Shown here in pieces: positions 1 to 10,100 of a DNA stretch of 64,000 nt; the first letter of the stretch is position 1, and every line of letters starts with the position of its first letter. Made by a program: the position numbers and the translations under genes. The DNA comes from a virus, in IMG/VR virus record IMGVR_UViG_3300042557_001775, positions 8,743 to 72,742 of that record; one strand, written 5' to 3'. The notes below the pieces were generated by a model. The model was given only the letters and a program-made list of their open reading frames with translations. It was not told the DNA's origin and made no database searches.

Positions 1-2
1 TC

Positions 3-797
3 GTCAAGGGCGGCCAAGGCGCAGGCAAGACCTACGCTGCGCGTCAGCATGGCATGACCGCCGGCTTTGACCGCTGCGTGGAGTTCGGTGTCCACTCCCA
101 GACCGAGGCCGTGGACTTCCTCGGTATGATGATGCCGAGCGGCGAGTGGCTCGACGGCCCGTTGACCGAGGCGTTCCGCGCTGCGGCTCTGGGACAGCTC
201 GTCTTGCTCATCATTGACGAGATCTATCGTGGTCAGAACGGCGCTCGCACACCGCTTCTCACGGCCACGTCTCCCGCCCGTCTGCCGAGCGGCGAGCGGG
301 TCTATCGTCTCCGCACGGGTCGCGCCATCGTCGATCCGGTGACTGGCGTTCACACCTCCGAAATCATCGAGGCTCCTTGCCAGAACCTCGCCATCGTTGC
401 CACGACCAACGTCGGGGCCGAGTTCAACGTCGATCCGGGCTGCCCCGCCGAGCGCGAGCGGTTCCGCCCTATCCACGTCGAGGTTGACGAGGTCAAGATC
501 CGCGCTGTCTGCGGCGCCATCGCCACGGCCAAGGGCTTCAGCCCCTCCGTGGTTGACCGCACACTCGCCTTCTACCGCGAGTGCAACGTCCTCAAGACGG
601 ACGGGTTCATCGAACTCTGCCCGTCCACCCGCATCCTCTCCGAGGCGATCGAATACGCCGACAGCGAGGCCAACGTGAAGTCGATGCTGTGCGAACTCGG
701 ATTGCACATCTGGGTCGGCACCACCATCGAAGGCAAGCCCGAGGAAGAGCAAGTCAAGCGCGTCACCACCGCACTCGACAAGGCCTTCGGGAAATAA
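3..797 (+). CDS. AAA+ ATPase, MoxR/CbbQ-like (5' truncated by window)
   Basis: Frame is open upstream of ATG 54 and gives Walker A GGQGAGKT at nt 9-32; Walker B LLIIDE; sensor-1 VATTN; Arg-finger-like ERF. Confidence 0.85.
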   Translation, partial: VKGGQGAGKTYAARQHGMTAGFDRCVEFGVHSQTEAVDFLGMMMPSGEWLDGPLTEAFRAAALGQLVLLIIDEIYRGQNGARTPLLTATSPARLPSGERVYRLRTGRAIVDPVTGVHTSEIIEAPCQNLAIVATTNVGAEFNVDPGCPAERERFRPIHVEVDEVKIRAVCGAIATAKGFSPSVVDRTLAFYRECNVLKTDGFIELCPSTRILSEAIEYADSEANVKSMLCELGLHIWVGTTIEGKPEEEQVKRVTTALDKAFGK

Positions 798-817
798 CCT
801 GACCACCTAACGCGTAA

Positions 818-845
818 CCGCCCTTTCCAATCTGGGAGGGGGCGG
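818..845 (+). other. GC-rich intergenic stem-loop
   Basis: CCGCCCTTTCCA-atc-TGGGAGGGGGCGG with G-U pairs and one bulge; no U tract. Confidence 0.45.
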
Positions 846-860
846 CCGCACCAAAACACC

Positions 861-1295
861 ATGTTTAATTCAAGTGGATTCATCGAGGGTATCAAATCCC
901 TCTACAATCAGGGCGTTCGTAAGATCGTCACTGATTTCAGCGGCGGAGGCGACTCCGGCGATATCAACTACATTGCGTTCTATAGCGCGGGCGGTTCGGA
1001 AAAGCTAACCGTCGAAGAGCCACTCGACTGGCGGGATGAGATGCACAACATCATCACCAGCGAGGTTCATTGCGACTGGTATAACAACGAGGGAGGCGGC
1101 GGTTCGATCGTCATCAATCTCGAAGTCAACCCGCCGACCATCGAGGTCAACTCGTATTGGAACGAGACTGTCTGCCGCGACGAGCCGACTGTGACTGACA
1201 CGCTGGATCCGACGCTCGTGCTGCCGAAGCCGGCCGTTCCAGAACACGCGGCTGTCCGCGCTGCCAAGAAGCTGCCGAAACGGGAGGCCAAGTAA
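861..1295 (+). CDS. DUF6878-like phage protein
   Basis: FSGGGDSG and DWYNNEGGGG motifs; directly upstream of a DUF6915-like gene. Confidence 0.65.
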   Translation: MFNSSGFIEGIKSLYNQGVRKIVTDFSGGGDSGDINYIAFYSAGGSEKLTVEEPLDWRDEMHNIITSEVHCDWYNNEGGGGSIVINLEVNPPTIEVNSYWNETVCRDEPTVTDTLDPTLVLPKPAVPEHAAVRAAKKLPKREAK

Positions 1296-1702
1296 TGCAC
1301 CCCTATCACCACGCGCTCTCCAGCGCCAAGAAGTTCGGAGGCCAGCCCGAAGACTACCTCGCGATCCATCACTGGTTCGACGAGTCGAAGGAACAGTTCG
1401 CCAACTTCCGCCATCGTGCGCTGCGTCATCACGCGCAGGGCATCTACGAGTGTGAGCGCAAGTTCGGCATCACCATGACCAACTCGGACGGGCGCACGTT
1501 GCCTGTCCGTTACATCGGCGAGCAGCACGTCAACGAGGACATCGGGTTCATCCCGTCCCTCCAAGACTGGCTCTCCGCCATCGTCCCAGAGCCGTGGATG
1601 CGGAGTCGCCCCCATGGCGTGGACAAGAACACCGAGGACGAGGCCGTCAATCGACGGACTGTCCGCAAAACCAACACAACCAAGAAGGAGATCAAACTAT
1701 GA
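1295..1702 (+). CDS. DUF6915-like His-rich phage protein
   Basis: HPYHHALSSAKKFGG..EDY..IH.WFD.SK...HRALRHH..GI...EQHV.ED.G.IP signature; TAATG coupling. Confidence 0.75.
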   Translation: MHPYHHALSSAKKFGGQPEDYLAIHHWFDESKEQFANFRHRALRHHAQGIYECERKFGITMTNSDGRTLPVRYIGEQHVNEDIGFIPSLQDWLSAIVPEPWMRSRPHGVDKNTEDEAVNRRTVRKTNTTKKEIKL

Positions 1703-1950
1703 GATTAGTGAAATTCACCCGAGTTGACTCGAACAGCGGCGACGAGGGCTTGATCTGGATCAACCCAGAGCAGGTCGCTCGCGTCATTCCAAAGGCTTCC
1801 GTCTCCGAGACGCCGAAAGTCGCTTACGCAAACACCCGCATCTCTGTCGCCGGCACGTCGATTGCGTTCTGGGTCAAGGAGACGCCCGACGAAGTCGTCG
1901 CTGCGTTGACTGGCTCACCCGTTGCCGTCCGGTTGGCGGCGAAACTCTAA
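1699..1950 (+). CDS. small protein, FlbD-like pattern
   Basis: AAGGAG RBS and ATGA overlap; WINPEQV...VKETPDEV pattern. Confidence 0.55.
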   Translation: MRLVKFTRVDSNSGDEGLIWINPEQVARVIPKASVSETPKVAYANTRISVAGTSIAFWVKETPDEVVAALTGSPVAVRLAAKL

Positions 1951-1969
1951 CCAGAAAGGAAAACATATC

Positions 1970-2203
1970 ATGTTACAGATCATACAACGTCCCCTCCTCA
2001 CCGGAGGGCTTGAAACCGAATACCTCGAAGTCCCCTCGCCCGAGGAGATTGCTGCCGAGGTCGAACGCATCGAGTTCGAGCGCAACTCGTGGGCGCGCAA
2101 ACGCTACGCAGCGTTCGCCAACTACGACGTGGACACGCTCACGTTCGACGATGAACCCGGCCACATTGTCCCAGACCATGAACCCGTGGAGGAATTCCTA
2201 TGA
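1970..2203 (+). CDS. hypothetical acidic protein
   Basis: GAAAGGA RBS then ATG 1970; coupled to next gene. Confidence 0.6.
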   Translation: MLQIIQRPLLTGGLETEYLEVPSPEEIAAEVERIEFERNSWARKRYAAFANYDVDTLTFDDEPGHIVPDHEPVEEFL

Positions 2204-2511
2204 GCATCATGGACATCATGGAAGACATCAAACAAAACGTCGATTCGCTGCTCGTAGACCGGCAGTCCAAGCGAGTTCTGGCGATGCACGATCTCTCTCG
2301 CAGGGAGCCGAGCTACGAGCGCGGCTGTTTCGGGAAGGCGGATCTCGGACGTAGTTACGTCCGGCAAGCAGATCGAATCAGCCGTAAACGTCATAAACAC
2401 TACGGCGTCTACCGCTGTCCGCATTGCGGCGGCACTCACCTGACAACCAAACTGGAGAATCGGGGGCAATACGCACCGCTTCTCTACATCACAACAACGA
2501 AAGGAAACTAA
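2200..2511 (+). CDS. hypothetical Zn-ribbon protein
   Basis: GGAGG RBS; YRCPHCGGTHLT motif. Confidence 0.65.
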   Translation: MSIMDIMEDIKQNVDSLLVDRQSKRVLAMHDLSRREPSYERGCFGKADLGRSYVRQADRISRKRHKHYGVYRCPHCGGTHLTTKLENRGQYAPLLYITTTKGN

Positions 2512-2515
2512 AACC

Positions 2516-2764
2516 ATGATTAAAATCGATACCGAGTCCACCCTCTACGTCTGCACCGATGGGACAAACGCCGAGGTTCACATCATTGCCCCCAAGCGCA
2601 CCACGCTTGCGGAAGCAATCGCGGGGATCACAACCAGTAGCTACGAACACATTGAGCATCTCCGCCTCGACGACCCTGATCCCTACGGGCCTCACTGCAC
2701 TGACGCGGCGATCTTCAAGCTGCTGTGCGAGTCGGATATGGAACACCACACGTTCGACATCTAA
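2516..2764 (+). CDS. hypothetical protein
   Basis: GAAAGGA RBS; fits operon packing. Confidence 0.6.
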   Translation: MIKIDTESTLYVCTDGTNAEVHIIAPKRTTLAEAIAGITTSSYEHIEHLRLDDPDPYGPHCTDAAIFKLLCESDMEHHTFDI

Positions 2765-2784
2765 CCACCAACGAAAGGAAACAA

Positions 2785-2943
2785 ATGAAAGACAAAATCA
2801 CCAAACTCATCCACGACTACGAAAAGCGACTGAGGGAAAAGAACACTTTCCTTCAGAAAACGCACAACTCACACGTTGAAGGCATCGCCATTCAACTCGC
2901 AGAAACCCTAAAGGATTTGAAGCGGATCGTATCCGAACAATAG
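2785..2943 (+). CDS. hypothetical protein
   Basis: GAAAGGA RBS then ATG (MKDKITK...). Confidence 0.55.
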   Translation: MKDKITKLIHDYEKRLREKNTFLQKTHNSHVEGIAIQLAETLKDLKRIVSEQ

Positions 2944-2955
2944 AAAGGAACTACC

Positions 2956-3207
2956 ATGAGTAACTACGAAACCCTCAAAGAGGTAATCGGAAAGTATCAC
3001 GATGACGCGAAAAAGAAGCTCATCGAAAACAACGGCGAAATCGAAATCTTGCGAAAGAGATCAGCCGACCGCCACAGCAGATACCAAGTCGCGCCCAACG
3101 CAATGTTGGCCGAGGCGGACGAACGCTACAAGTTGGAGATCCGCGCCGAGTATTATCGCGGCATAGCTGACTTCTCGCGTGATCTGATTCGGAGGTTCAG
3201 CGTATGA
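2956..3207 (+). CDS. hypothetical protein
   Basis: GAAAGGA RBS. Confidence 0.6.
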   Translation: MSNYETLKEVIGKYHDDAKKKLIENNGEIEILRKRSADRHSRYQVAPNAMLAEADERYKLEIRAEYYRGIADFSRDLIRRFSV

Positions 3208-3368
3208 TCTCGTTTCAACAACAAGGCGAGTTACGATGGCTCCAGATCGGGCGCGGAAAGCCTCGCCTTGAGCTATATCTGCGTGGCTGGCATTGGGCGT
3301 GGCGCGACTACGGCTCTGTCCTCACAATCGCTATTCCCGGCCTCGTTCTTCGCTGGCTGCGGTATTGA
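3204..3368 (+). CDS. small Trp-rich hypothetical protein (54 aa, not in ORF track)
   Basis: GGAGG RBS and ATGA overlap; MISFQQQGELRWLQIGRG...LRWLRY*. Confidence 0.45.
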   Translation: MISFQQQGELRWLQIGRGKPRLELYLRGWHWAWRDYGSVLTIAIPGLVLRWLRY

Positions 3369-3396
3369 TTGAACGATTAATAACCTTGCATAGTCT
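3369..3396 (+). promoter_or_regulatory. possible sigma70-type promoter
   Basis: TTGAAC-N16-TAGTCT in an AT-rich gap. Confidence 0.3.
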
Positions 3397-3405
3397 TAAC
3401 CCTTA

Positions 3406-3717
3406 ATGGAGAAACAAACCATGAAATATCGTGAACACAACGGCCCTCTGCTGGCCCCCGAGAACTACATCCACCTCTGGAAAGCAGCGTCCAAACCCAA
3501 AGCGGAACCCAAGGCCTACGTCTGCCGTGACCTGTGGCGCCGCCTCACTACTGCCCTGCTGGCCGGAGCCAAGCTCCTGATGCTTGCAGCATGTAGCCCG
3601 AAGCCTGAATCCCCTGCCCTCGATCCGCTGGATCTGGTATGGGTTCAGCCCGAATCGGCCCGTGAGGAACGGGCCAAGACCCTTCCCAGAGTGGAAGGCA
3701 ATCCGTTTCAACTCTAA
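3406..3717 (+). CDS. hypothetical protein with hydrophobic segment and internal LAAC
   Basis: ORF fills the gap; alternative start at 3421. Confidence 0.5.
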   Translation: MEKQTMKYREHNGPLLAPENYIHLWKAASKPKAEPKAYVCRDLWRRLTTALLAGAKLLMLAACSPKPESPALDPLDLVWVQPESAREERAKTLPRVEGNPFQL

Positions 3718-3732
3718 CCCACTAATACTCAT

Positions 3733-3978
3733 ATGTTTCCAATCGAACAAACCAAACCACCTCGGGAGACTGTGATCCGAGTCAAAACCGAGAACTTCAT
3801 CAACAAGGCTGCCTGCAAAAAGTTCCTCATGGACTACGCGAAGGGCAACCGATACCACTCGTTTACCTGTTTTGACTCCGGTATTTACGACGAACTCAAC
3901 GGCCTCTTGCGCCGGTATATGCAGGGCATCGTGAAGCGCCAGCCGAGTAGCGGCCGAACCCTGAGATCGAACCGCTGA
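3733..3978 (+). CDS. hypothetical basic protein
   Basis: ORF packing. Confidence 0.55.
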   Translation: MFPIEQTKPPRETVIRVKTENFINKAACKKFLMDYAKGNRYHSFTCFDSGIYDELNGLLRRYMQGIVKRQPSSGRTLRSNR

Positions 3979-4069
3979 CCAGATTAGGGATTGCGGCGGA
4001 GTGGTTCTTCTCTGGTCATTATCATCCCCTGTCCAGTAACCGCATAAAAGCTGGACACTTTTCATAACC

Positions 4070-4459
4070 GTGCTACCTTCCTACCTCATGCAAGTGACGG
4101 CAACCGAGCGCACCTTCGGCCTGAAGGTCAGGGTTAAAGTCGGGGGCGACGAATCCTCGGCATGGCGGTCGGCGACTAAGTTCACCGACACATTAGCCAC
4201 CGAGGAGGAGAGCGGCGACGCAGCGGGCTGGGCCCTCCACAACGCTGACCGAGCCTTTATTTGGCTCGAGTCATGGCCCGAGTCGCGGAGCAAAGGGAAC
4301 AGCAAGAACCTGACCCACGAGTGCGTCCATGTCGCCATGAGCTTCCTGCGGGACCATGTCCGCGAAGACATCCGCAAAGCCGAAGAGACATGCTGCTACC
4401 TCGTGCAGCACTTGGTCGATGAAATCGAACACAAACTCAACCAGCGAAAAAAACAATGA
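4070..4459 (+). CDS. putative zincin-like metalloprotein
   Basis: LTHECVH (HExxH) followed by EETCCY. Confidence 0.6.
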   Translation: MLPSYLMQVTATERTFGLKVRVKVGGDESSAWRSATKFTDTLATEEESGDAAGWALHNADRAFIWLESWPESRSKGNSKNLTHECVHVAMSFLRDHVREDIRKAEETCCYLVQHLVDEIEHKLNQRKKQ

Positions 4460-4725
4460 ATAAAGAAACTTTATGGGGGCTTCTAATCCAGAACAACCCC
4501 CGCCTTACCGACGATCCTCATCTGACACCCGAGAGCGCACGGCGCTTTTTCGACATGGTTTGGAACACGGCCTACGGAGCCGGATGCAAGGACATGATCG
4601 ATCGCCAGCATGAGATTGCGGAGAACAGCGACGAGCCCACTCAGCAAGATTTTATCAAGTTCCTTGTGGACGCACTTGAACGACTTACCGATGAAAGCCC
4701 GAATCCGAAAAAAAAGAAACACTGA
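4456..4725 (+). CDS. hypothetical protein
   Basis: ATGA coupling. Confidence 0.55.
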   Translation: MNKETLWGLLIQNNPRLTDDPHLTPESARRFFDMVWNTAYGAGCKDMIDRQHEIAENSDEPTQQDFIKFLVDALERLTDESPNPKKKKH

Positions 4726-4918
4726 CCCCGCTCAGAGCGACGGCGAAGTCGCGTGGCGGCGACGTTACATCGAGCTTTATGACCAGCAGTGCAACGCCTA
4801 CGACGCGCACCGCTTGTGCCTTGAGGCTATCGACGCAAATGAATCCGAACGTGCTGCCGAGCTGCTTGAAGGGTTGGTCGCCGCTCACGAAGAAGAGGTT
4901 CGGCAATTGGTCAAATGA
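4691..4918 (+). CDS. hypothetical protein
   Basis: ATG at 4691, coiled-coil-like. Confidence 0.45.
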   Translation: MKARIRKKRNTDPAQSDGEVAWRRRYIELYDQQCNAYDAHRLCLEAIDANESERAAELLEGLVAAHEEEVRQLVK

Positions 4919-4954
4919 AACGCACTAAACTGCTAATTATAGATAAGTTGTTAC

Positions 4955-5221
4955 ATGGCTACTTATAAAGGCAAACAAGTCTCGCTGTATAAGCCCCGCA
5001 AAATGAAGGGGATTACTCCGGCTGGTAAAAAGAAATCTGTCTTCGTCCCCGGGAAAAAAGAGGGAACGGCAAAAGTCGTTCACTTTGGGGACTCCTCGAT
5101 GTCGGACTACACGCAGCACCGAGACAAGAAGCGCCGCGCCAATTTTCATTCGCGGCACAACTGCGCCGACAAGAAGGACAAAACCAAGGCGGGGTACTGG
5201 GCCTGTAAGAATTTATGGTGA
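4955..5221 (+). CDS. small basic viral protein (DUF5754-like)
   Basis: VHFGD..MSDYT.H.D..RR.NF..RH....K..AGYW....LW pattern. Confidence 0.65.
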   Translation: MATYKGKQVSLYKPRKMKGITPAGKKKSVFVPGKKEGTAKVVHFGDSSMSDYTQHRDKKRRANFHSRHNCADKKDKTKAGYWACKNLW

Positions 5222-5397
5222 ACTACCCCGATTGGATTTGCTCCGATTGCGGACGCAAGTATGGCAAGCGGCCCGAGGGGAATCCGCATGGAGCGACCTA
5301 TCACGAAGACACCTGCGGCGTTTGCGGCGAGGTGACCGAAGTGACCGAACCAAGAGACTACGGACATTTGAAGCATGACTGGCAAACAGCCAACTAG
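5215..5397 (+). CDS. small Zn-finger protein
   Basis: CSDCG ... CGVCG ... EPRDYG. Confidence 0.6.
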   Translation: MVNYPDWICSDCGRKYGKRPEGNPHGATYHEDTCGVCGEVTEVTEPRDYGHLKHDWQTAN

Positions 5398-5914
5398 ACA
5401 CTACCGGATCAAGGCCGATTGGTCCGCCATGCGTCTTGCTTATCTGCAAGGCGAGACGTTCCGCGCTATCTCCGCCACCTACGGGGTCAAAGAGAACACC
5501 ATCCGGAGCCGCGCTTCCCGCGAGAAGTGGCACGTTCCTCCGGCGCGGGTGATGACGACGCCCGAGGACAACGCCCTTTCCCTCCAGCGCGCCCATGAGA
5601 TTTGGCAGCAGCGCAAAGAGCGGGTCAAGGAAAGCGAATACAAGATCGCCGAGCGCATCTTGGCCCACGCTGAGACGATGCCGGAGGATCAACTCATCAA
5701 CAAGGCGGACAAGATCAAGATCGGGGTCGATATCGGCCGGCGTTCCGTCGGCATGGACGTCGAACAGAAGGACGTCAACGCGGTAAACATCGCCATTCTG
5801 GGAGACGTGGACGCCGAGTCTCTCAAGGCCATGAGCTACGACGCTCCGGCGGGACCGATGGCTCTTCCAGAGGTTCCCGAAACCAACTTCGGGGGCCCAG
5901 ACCAAGAACCATGA
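5375..5914 (+). CDS. probable terminase small subunit
   Basis: N-terminal HTH DW..MRLAY..G.TFRAISATYGVKENTIRSRASREKW, helical middle, beta-like C-terminal VNAVNIAIL. Confidence 0.55.
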   Translation: MTGKQPTRHYRIKADWSAMRLAYLQGETFRAISATYGVKENTIRSRASREKWHVPPARVMTTPEDNALSLQRAHEIWQQRKERVKESEYKIAERILAHAETMPEDQLINKADKIKIGVDIGRRSVGMDVEQKDVNAVNIAILGDVDAESLKAMSYDAPAGPMALPEVPETNFGGPDQEP

Positions 5915-6066
5915 AGCTCGTTCCGCTGCTGATCACGACCATCTGCTATTTGCTCACCGCCTGGGGCTTTTATCGAGACGGCCAGCTCGGCCTCTGTTGG
6001 GCCTTCCTCGGATATTCAATCGCAAATTTGGGATTCATCTACATCTGCATCTGGGGCAGCCCTTAA
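5911..6066 (+). CDS. small two-TM membrane protein (51 aa, not in ORF track)
   Basis: MKLVPLLITTICYLLTAWGFYRDGQLGLCWAFLGYSIANLGFIYICIWGSP*; ATGA overlap. Confidence 0.6.
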   Translation: MKLVPLLITTICYLLTAWGFYRDGQLGLCWAFLGYSIANLGFIYICIWGSP

Positions 6067-6070
6067 CTTT

Positions 6071-6394
6071 ATGTCTGAAAACAACACCGAAACCACTGAA
6101 ATCGCCAGCATCGAGAAGACGGAATATATTACGTCGCATCTGATGACGCTGGTGGGAAACTACCTCGCCAAGAAAGACCGCTCCGAGTTTGCCGAGTCCG
6201 ACGAATTGTTGGCCTCGCTCTTCTCGCAGCAAGCGATCCTGCTTATGGCCGTCAACGCGGTCCCGCACGACGTCCGTAAGGTTCTGGGAGAGGCCATCGA
6301 CGCAGAAGTCGTGAAGCTCGGCGAAGTTCCCGAGGAGCCCAAGCCGAAGGAAGCTCCGTCGAATCTAATCGTCCCAGACCGATTCGAGTCGTGA
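6071..6394 (+). CDS. hypothetical protein
   Basis: Last + strand gene before the convergence point. Confidence 0.6.
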   Translation: MSENNTETTEIASIEKTEYITSHLMTLVGNYLAKKDRSEFAESDELLASLFSQQAILLMAVNAVPHDVRKVLGEAIDAEVVKLGEVPEEPKPKEAPSNLIVPDRFES

Positions 6395-6415
6395 GCGAGA
6401 GCTTCTCTGCGCTGC

Positions 6416-7102
6416 TTATCCTTCTTGGGACGCTGGCGTTTCTGGCTGCTGTTGCGAGCTACCAGAAGTATTGAGCCAGCACCAAGAGGGAAAGCGGTAA
6501 CCTTCGCTGGCCTTCTCGGCCACGTCTTGGGGCAGCCACACCTTTGCCTTGAGGTTGCAGCCGCACACGCCGCAGTTGGCAAGGCTGGCGTCCCGCACTG
6601 TTTGGCGCGCTCCGATGATTGAGAAGATCGTCGAGGCCAGATTGGTGCAGACGAAGCATCCACTCATCCCCACGTTCAGGGGACAGGACGCGCAGGTGAT
6701 TGCTCGTCGATTGGCGGTCTCTTCGTCTACCAATCCTTTCTCTCCCAGAGCGGCGCGGACCGCCCCCAGAAAGCGCATGACGTCGTCGATGTTGAATTCC
6801 TTTTTTAACCCGACATCGCTGAGCAATTCACTTGCCTCAGAGTCGCGAGCTGCGAGTTCCTCTTCGGACAGTAGCGGCTGGCATCGTCCCAGATCTTGCT
6901 TGGCGCAGGTGAAGTTCTCGATGTCCTGGCGCGGGTTGCCGGCGGGCAAATTGTTCGCCGCCCGGTGATCACTCACCTGCCCCACGACGAGGTCGAGGAT
7001 GTTGTTCTGGAACCGGCACTCGGTCTCCGGCTGGATGTATTGCCACCCCCCTCTGGGAAGAAGCGATGCGTCGTTCCATGCGTAGTTGGTCGCGGCGTTC
7101 AT
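6416..7102 (-). CDS. Cys-rich (Zn-binding) phage protein
   Basis: CASCP, CFVC, CGVCGCNLKAKV and CW motifs; coupled to the giant gene. Confidence 0.75.
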   Translation of the reverse strand: MNAATNYAWNDASLLPRGGWQYIQPETECRFQNNILDLVVGQVSDHRAANNLPAGNPRQDIENFTCAKQDLGRCQPLLSEEELAARDSEASELLSDVGLKKEFNIDDVMRFLGAVRAALGEKGLVDEETANRRAITCASCPLNVGMSGCFVCTNLASTIFSIIGARQTVRDASLANCGVCGCNLKAKVWLPQDVAEKASEGYRFPSWCWLNTSGSSQQQPETPASQEG

Positions 7103-10100
7103 AGATCCCGCTCCTGTGCTTGCCCGGCGGCCTGTTCGGCCTCTCGCGCCCGCTCTGGGGCGGCGTTCTTGAGTGACTCTTTGCTTGGCTGGAAGGGCCG
7201 GTAAATGCCGGAGGCGATGTCTTCAAGGTCGTCTTTGCCAATGCCGGTGGCTCGAAGGCGACTAATCGCCGCCGGTTCGGGGAGCCCTAGGCGCCGGGCC
7301 GCCATGTATCGACGACGCGCTTCTTGCGTAAGACGGTATTGGGCTTGGTCCGTCAGGTCGAAGGAGCCGGCCACGGCGCCAGGAGGCTGAGTACCCCGGG
7401 AGAGAAGAACGCGGTTGAAAAGAGAGGTGGCGTCGCGCTTGTTTCGCAGAAACTCTGAAGCACCGAAGCCTAAAGCTTGATCCAGATCCACTTGGCGGAT
7501 GCGCGTTCCGGTTACGATGGCACCGATCTCTTGCGCCGCGCTAAACTGCTGCCCCGAATCGGAGACAACTCCGGCAACACCTAGGCCGCCCCGGTAAATT
7601 GTTTTTGCGGTGCCCGGCACGAACGCGCCAGCCAAGTGGGCGCCGATGGCTTGGGCAATATTCGTCCCAGAGTCTTGCGGATTGTAGATCCGTCGGCCGC
7701 CAGCATCGACGTTGCGGAGGACGCTAGTCACGGCGCCGAAGACAATCTGTTCGCCGACGAACGGTTTCATCAATTCGCCGACCATCGCCACCCCGCCATC
7801 AGCGATGGCTTCCGGCATACTCTCAGCGCGACCAAAAGCGCGCATCATCGCGACGAAAGGTTTTTTGAAATACTCATGCCCGTCGAAAAACGAGATGTCG
7901 GCGTAGCTGATGGTATTTCCCGTGCGCCCAAACAAGAGTAGCTGGTTATTCTTCTGCCAGTCTGGAAGGAACTCGCGGAGGTCTTCTTCGTCTTCGGGGG
8001 TCATTCCGGCCATCGCGGCAATTCCGCCAGCCGCGACAGAAGGCACTGTCATTGCCAAACCGAATCCTCCGATCCGCCGGTAACCGAGACTCCGCAGCTC
8101 TGGGTTGCCTGACTTAATTTCGCTGGCCGCCAACCTGAGCGTATTAATCGCTGTGCGAACAACTTCGGTGGTGAAAGTAATAAAGGGGGCGACGACTAAG
8201 CCGGGTCCCCGCTTGAGTTCCTGCACCCACTGCGGGGCTTCGGAGTAGGTCCAATAGATCTCCCGGGAGATCTCGGCAGCTTTCTCATCGAGTTCCGCTT
8301 CGGCCATTTTCGGATACGCCCGGCGATAGTTTTCCCGCTCAGTGTAGAAGACAATGGCCCGCATAATATTGTCCGACATCGCGTAAGTCCCTTGGGCAAA
8401 GTCCCAGAGCTTACGGAACGGCTGCGTAATCTTGCGGGTTACTGCGTCTCCGGCTTGCACACGAGCGCCGCCCAGTTCGCGGTAGTCCTGCACGAGGTCG
8501 TCGATCATGTTGGCGGTCACCGATTCGCCGAACACGCGGAGGCGGATGAGCTTTTCGATTTCTTGCCGGGCTTTCTCGTATGCTTTGGGCCCAGATCCGT
8601 AATTCTTGAACGCTTCTTGGATCGCTGTCTGGTGCGCCAGCCCGATGGCTTTGCCCGAAAACGACCCGGGCATCAACGCGCCGGTCGAAAGAAGTTTGAG
8701 GTATCCGGCCAAGTAGTTGCGTGTTTGTGCGGCTGCCGAGCCGACAGTCGCCATTGCCATCGAGAGGCCCGTAGCTTTGGCGAAAAGCCGCGCCGCGTTT
8801 TCCGCATCGCTCTGCGGATACATTTTGTAAAGGGCCTCGACGATGTCGCGGTTGCCCCAGACTCCGGCCAGCGGGGAGAGACGGGCATTGGTCTCGTCCG
8901 AGATTTTGACGAATCCAGTCGGGGCTTCCCAGTCTGCGAAGGCGTCCCGGAAGGCGGTCTCTGCGGCGGCTCGGTCGGCAGTGCGGAGTATTTCCTCGAA
9001 GTTGGCACCGCGCACAACAAACTCGCCAGTATCTTCGTCTTGGCGCATTTCCGGCTGCGCCGAAAACCATCCTTCCGATAGGCCAAGTTCGCGCAGCTCA
9101 CGCAGGAATCGGTGGTTGTAGATGAGCGTGGACATCTTGAGGATCGTTTTTCCGTAGGCCGTTTCCGGATTGTCGTAGACGCCCCAGAGCGCTTGGATTT
9201 CGGGGGCAATCGTCCCCCGGCTCATAAAGATCGACAGATTTTTCTGCCCCATGACTCGGCCAGAGAGCGCTTCGAGCGTCGGGTCCTTCACGGACAACGC
9301 TGCTTCGAGGGCGGTTTCTACGTCGGCGGCGGCCACAGATCGGGTCGCCTGGCGCTGGGCTTCGGCCTCAGAGATGGTCGTCCCAGTCTTGGTAGCGGTG
9401 TTCAGGATACGTTCCTTAGCCTTCTCAATAAGCTGCTTCTTTAGGAAGCCACGGGCGCCGGCCATGACCTTCAGATTCTTCCTCACGCGGTCAGCCCACT
9501 TGGGGTTGTCGAAGATGGCGTAGCTTCGGTTGAGGTAGATACCCAGCGTCTCGTCGATGGCGATTTCCAAGTCTCCGGAAACGAGCCCTTCGGATTTAAG
9601 CCGGCGCTGAAGCACGTTGATATGATCTCGCATCTGTGTCACGAGAACGCGCACATCCCGGGGAAGCGACTTCAAGGCCGCTGTCTGGCGCTCGCGGAAC
9701 TTCATCCGATTCTCCCGCCGATAGCGGTCTTTCAGCTCGGCGGCTGCTTCGGGATCAGTAAGGCGAACTCGCATCATCTCCGCCATCTGTGCTTCGGTGA
9801 AGGGGTTGTCTAGATTACCCAGAGCCGTGGTGATCTTGCGCGGGTCGATATTGCGGTCACGAACAGCGCGGACGAGGAGCCTGATGTTGGCGTCGGCCCG
9901 GCTGGCTTCGGCTTTGATGCCAGCTCGCGAGCTTTGGAACTTGTCGGTGCCGCGAGCGTCCATGAGGCGATCAACGGCAGAGATAAACTTGCCTTTGACG
10001 TAAGTGCCGCCGGTCGGGGTCTTGCTGACCTCGTCCCGGAATACCCGCTCGAACTTCCCACCGAGGGAGTCGCTATACCGAATATTCGGGATTTCGTTTA

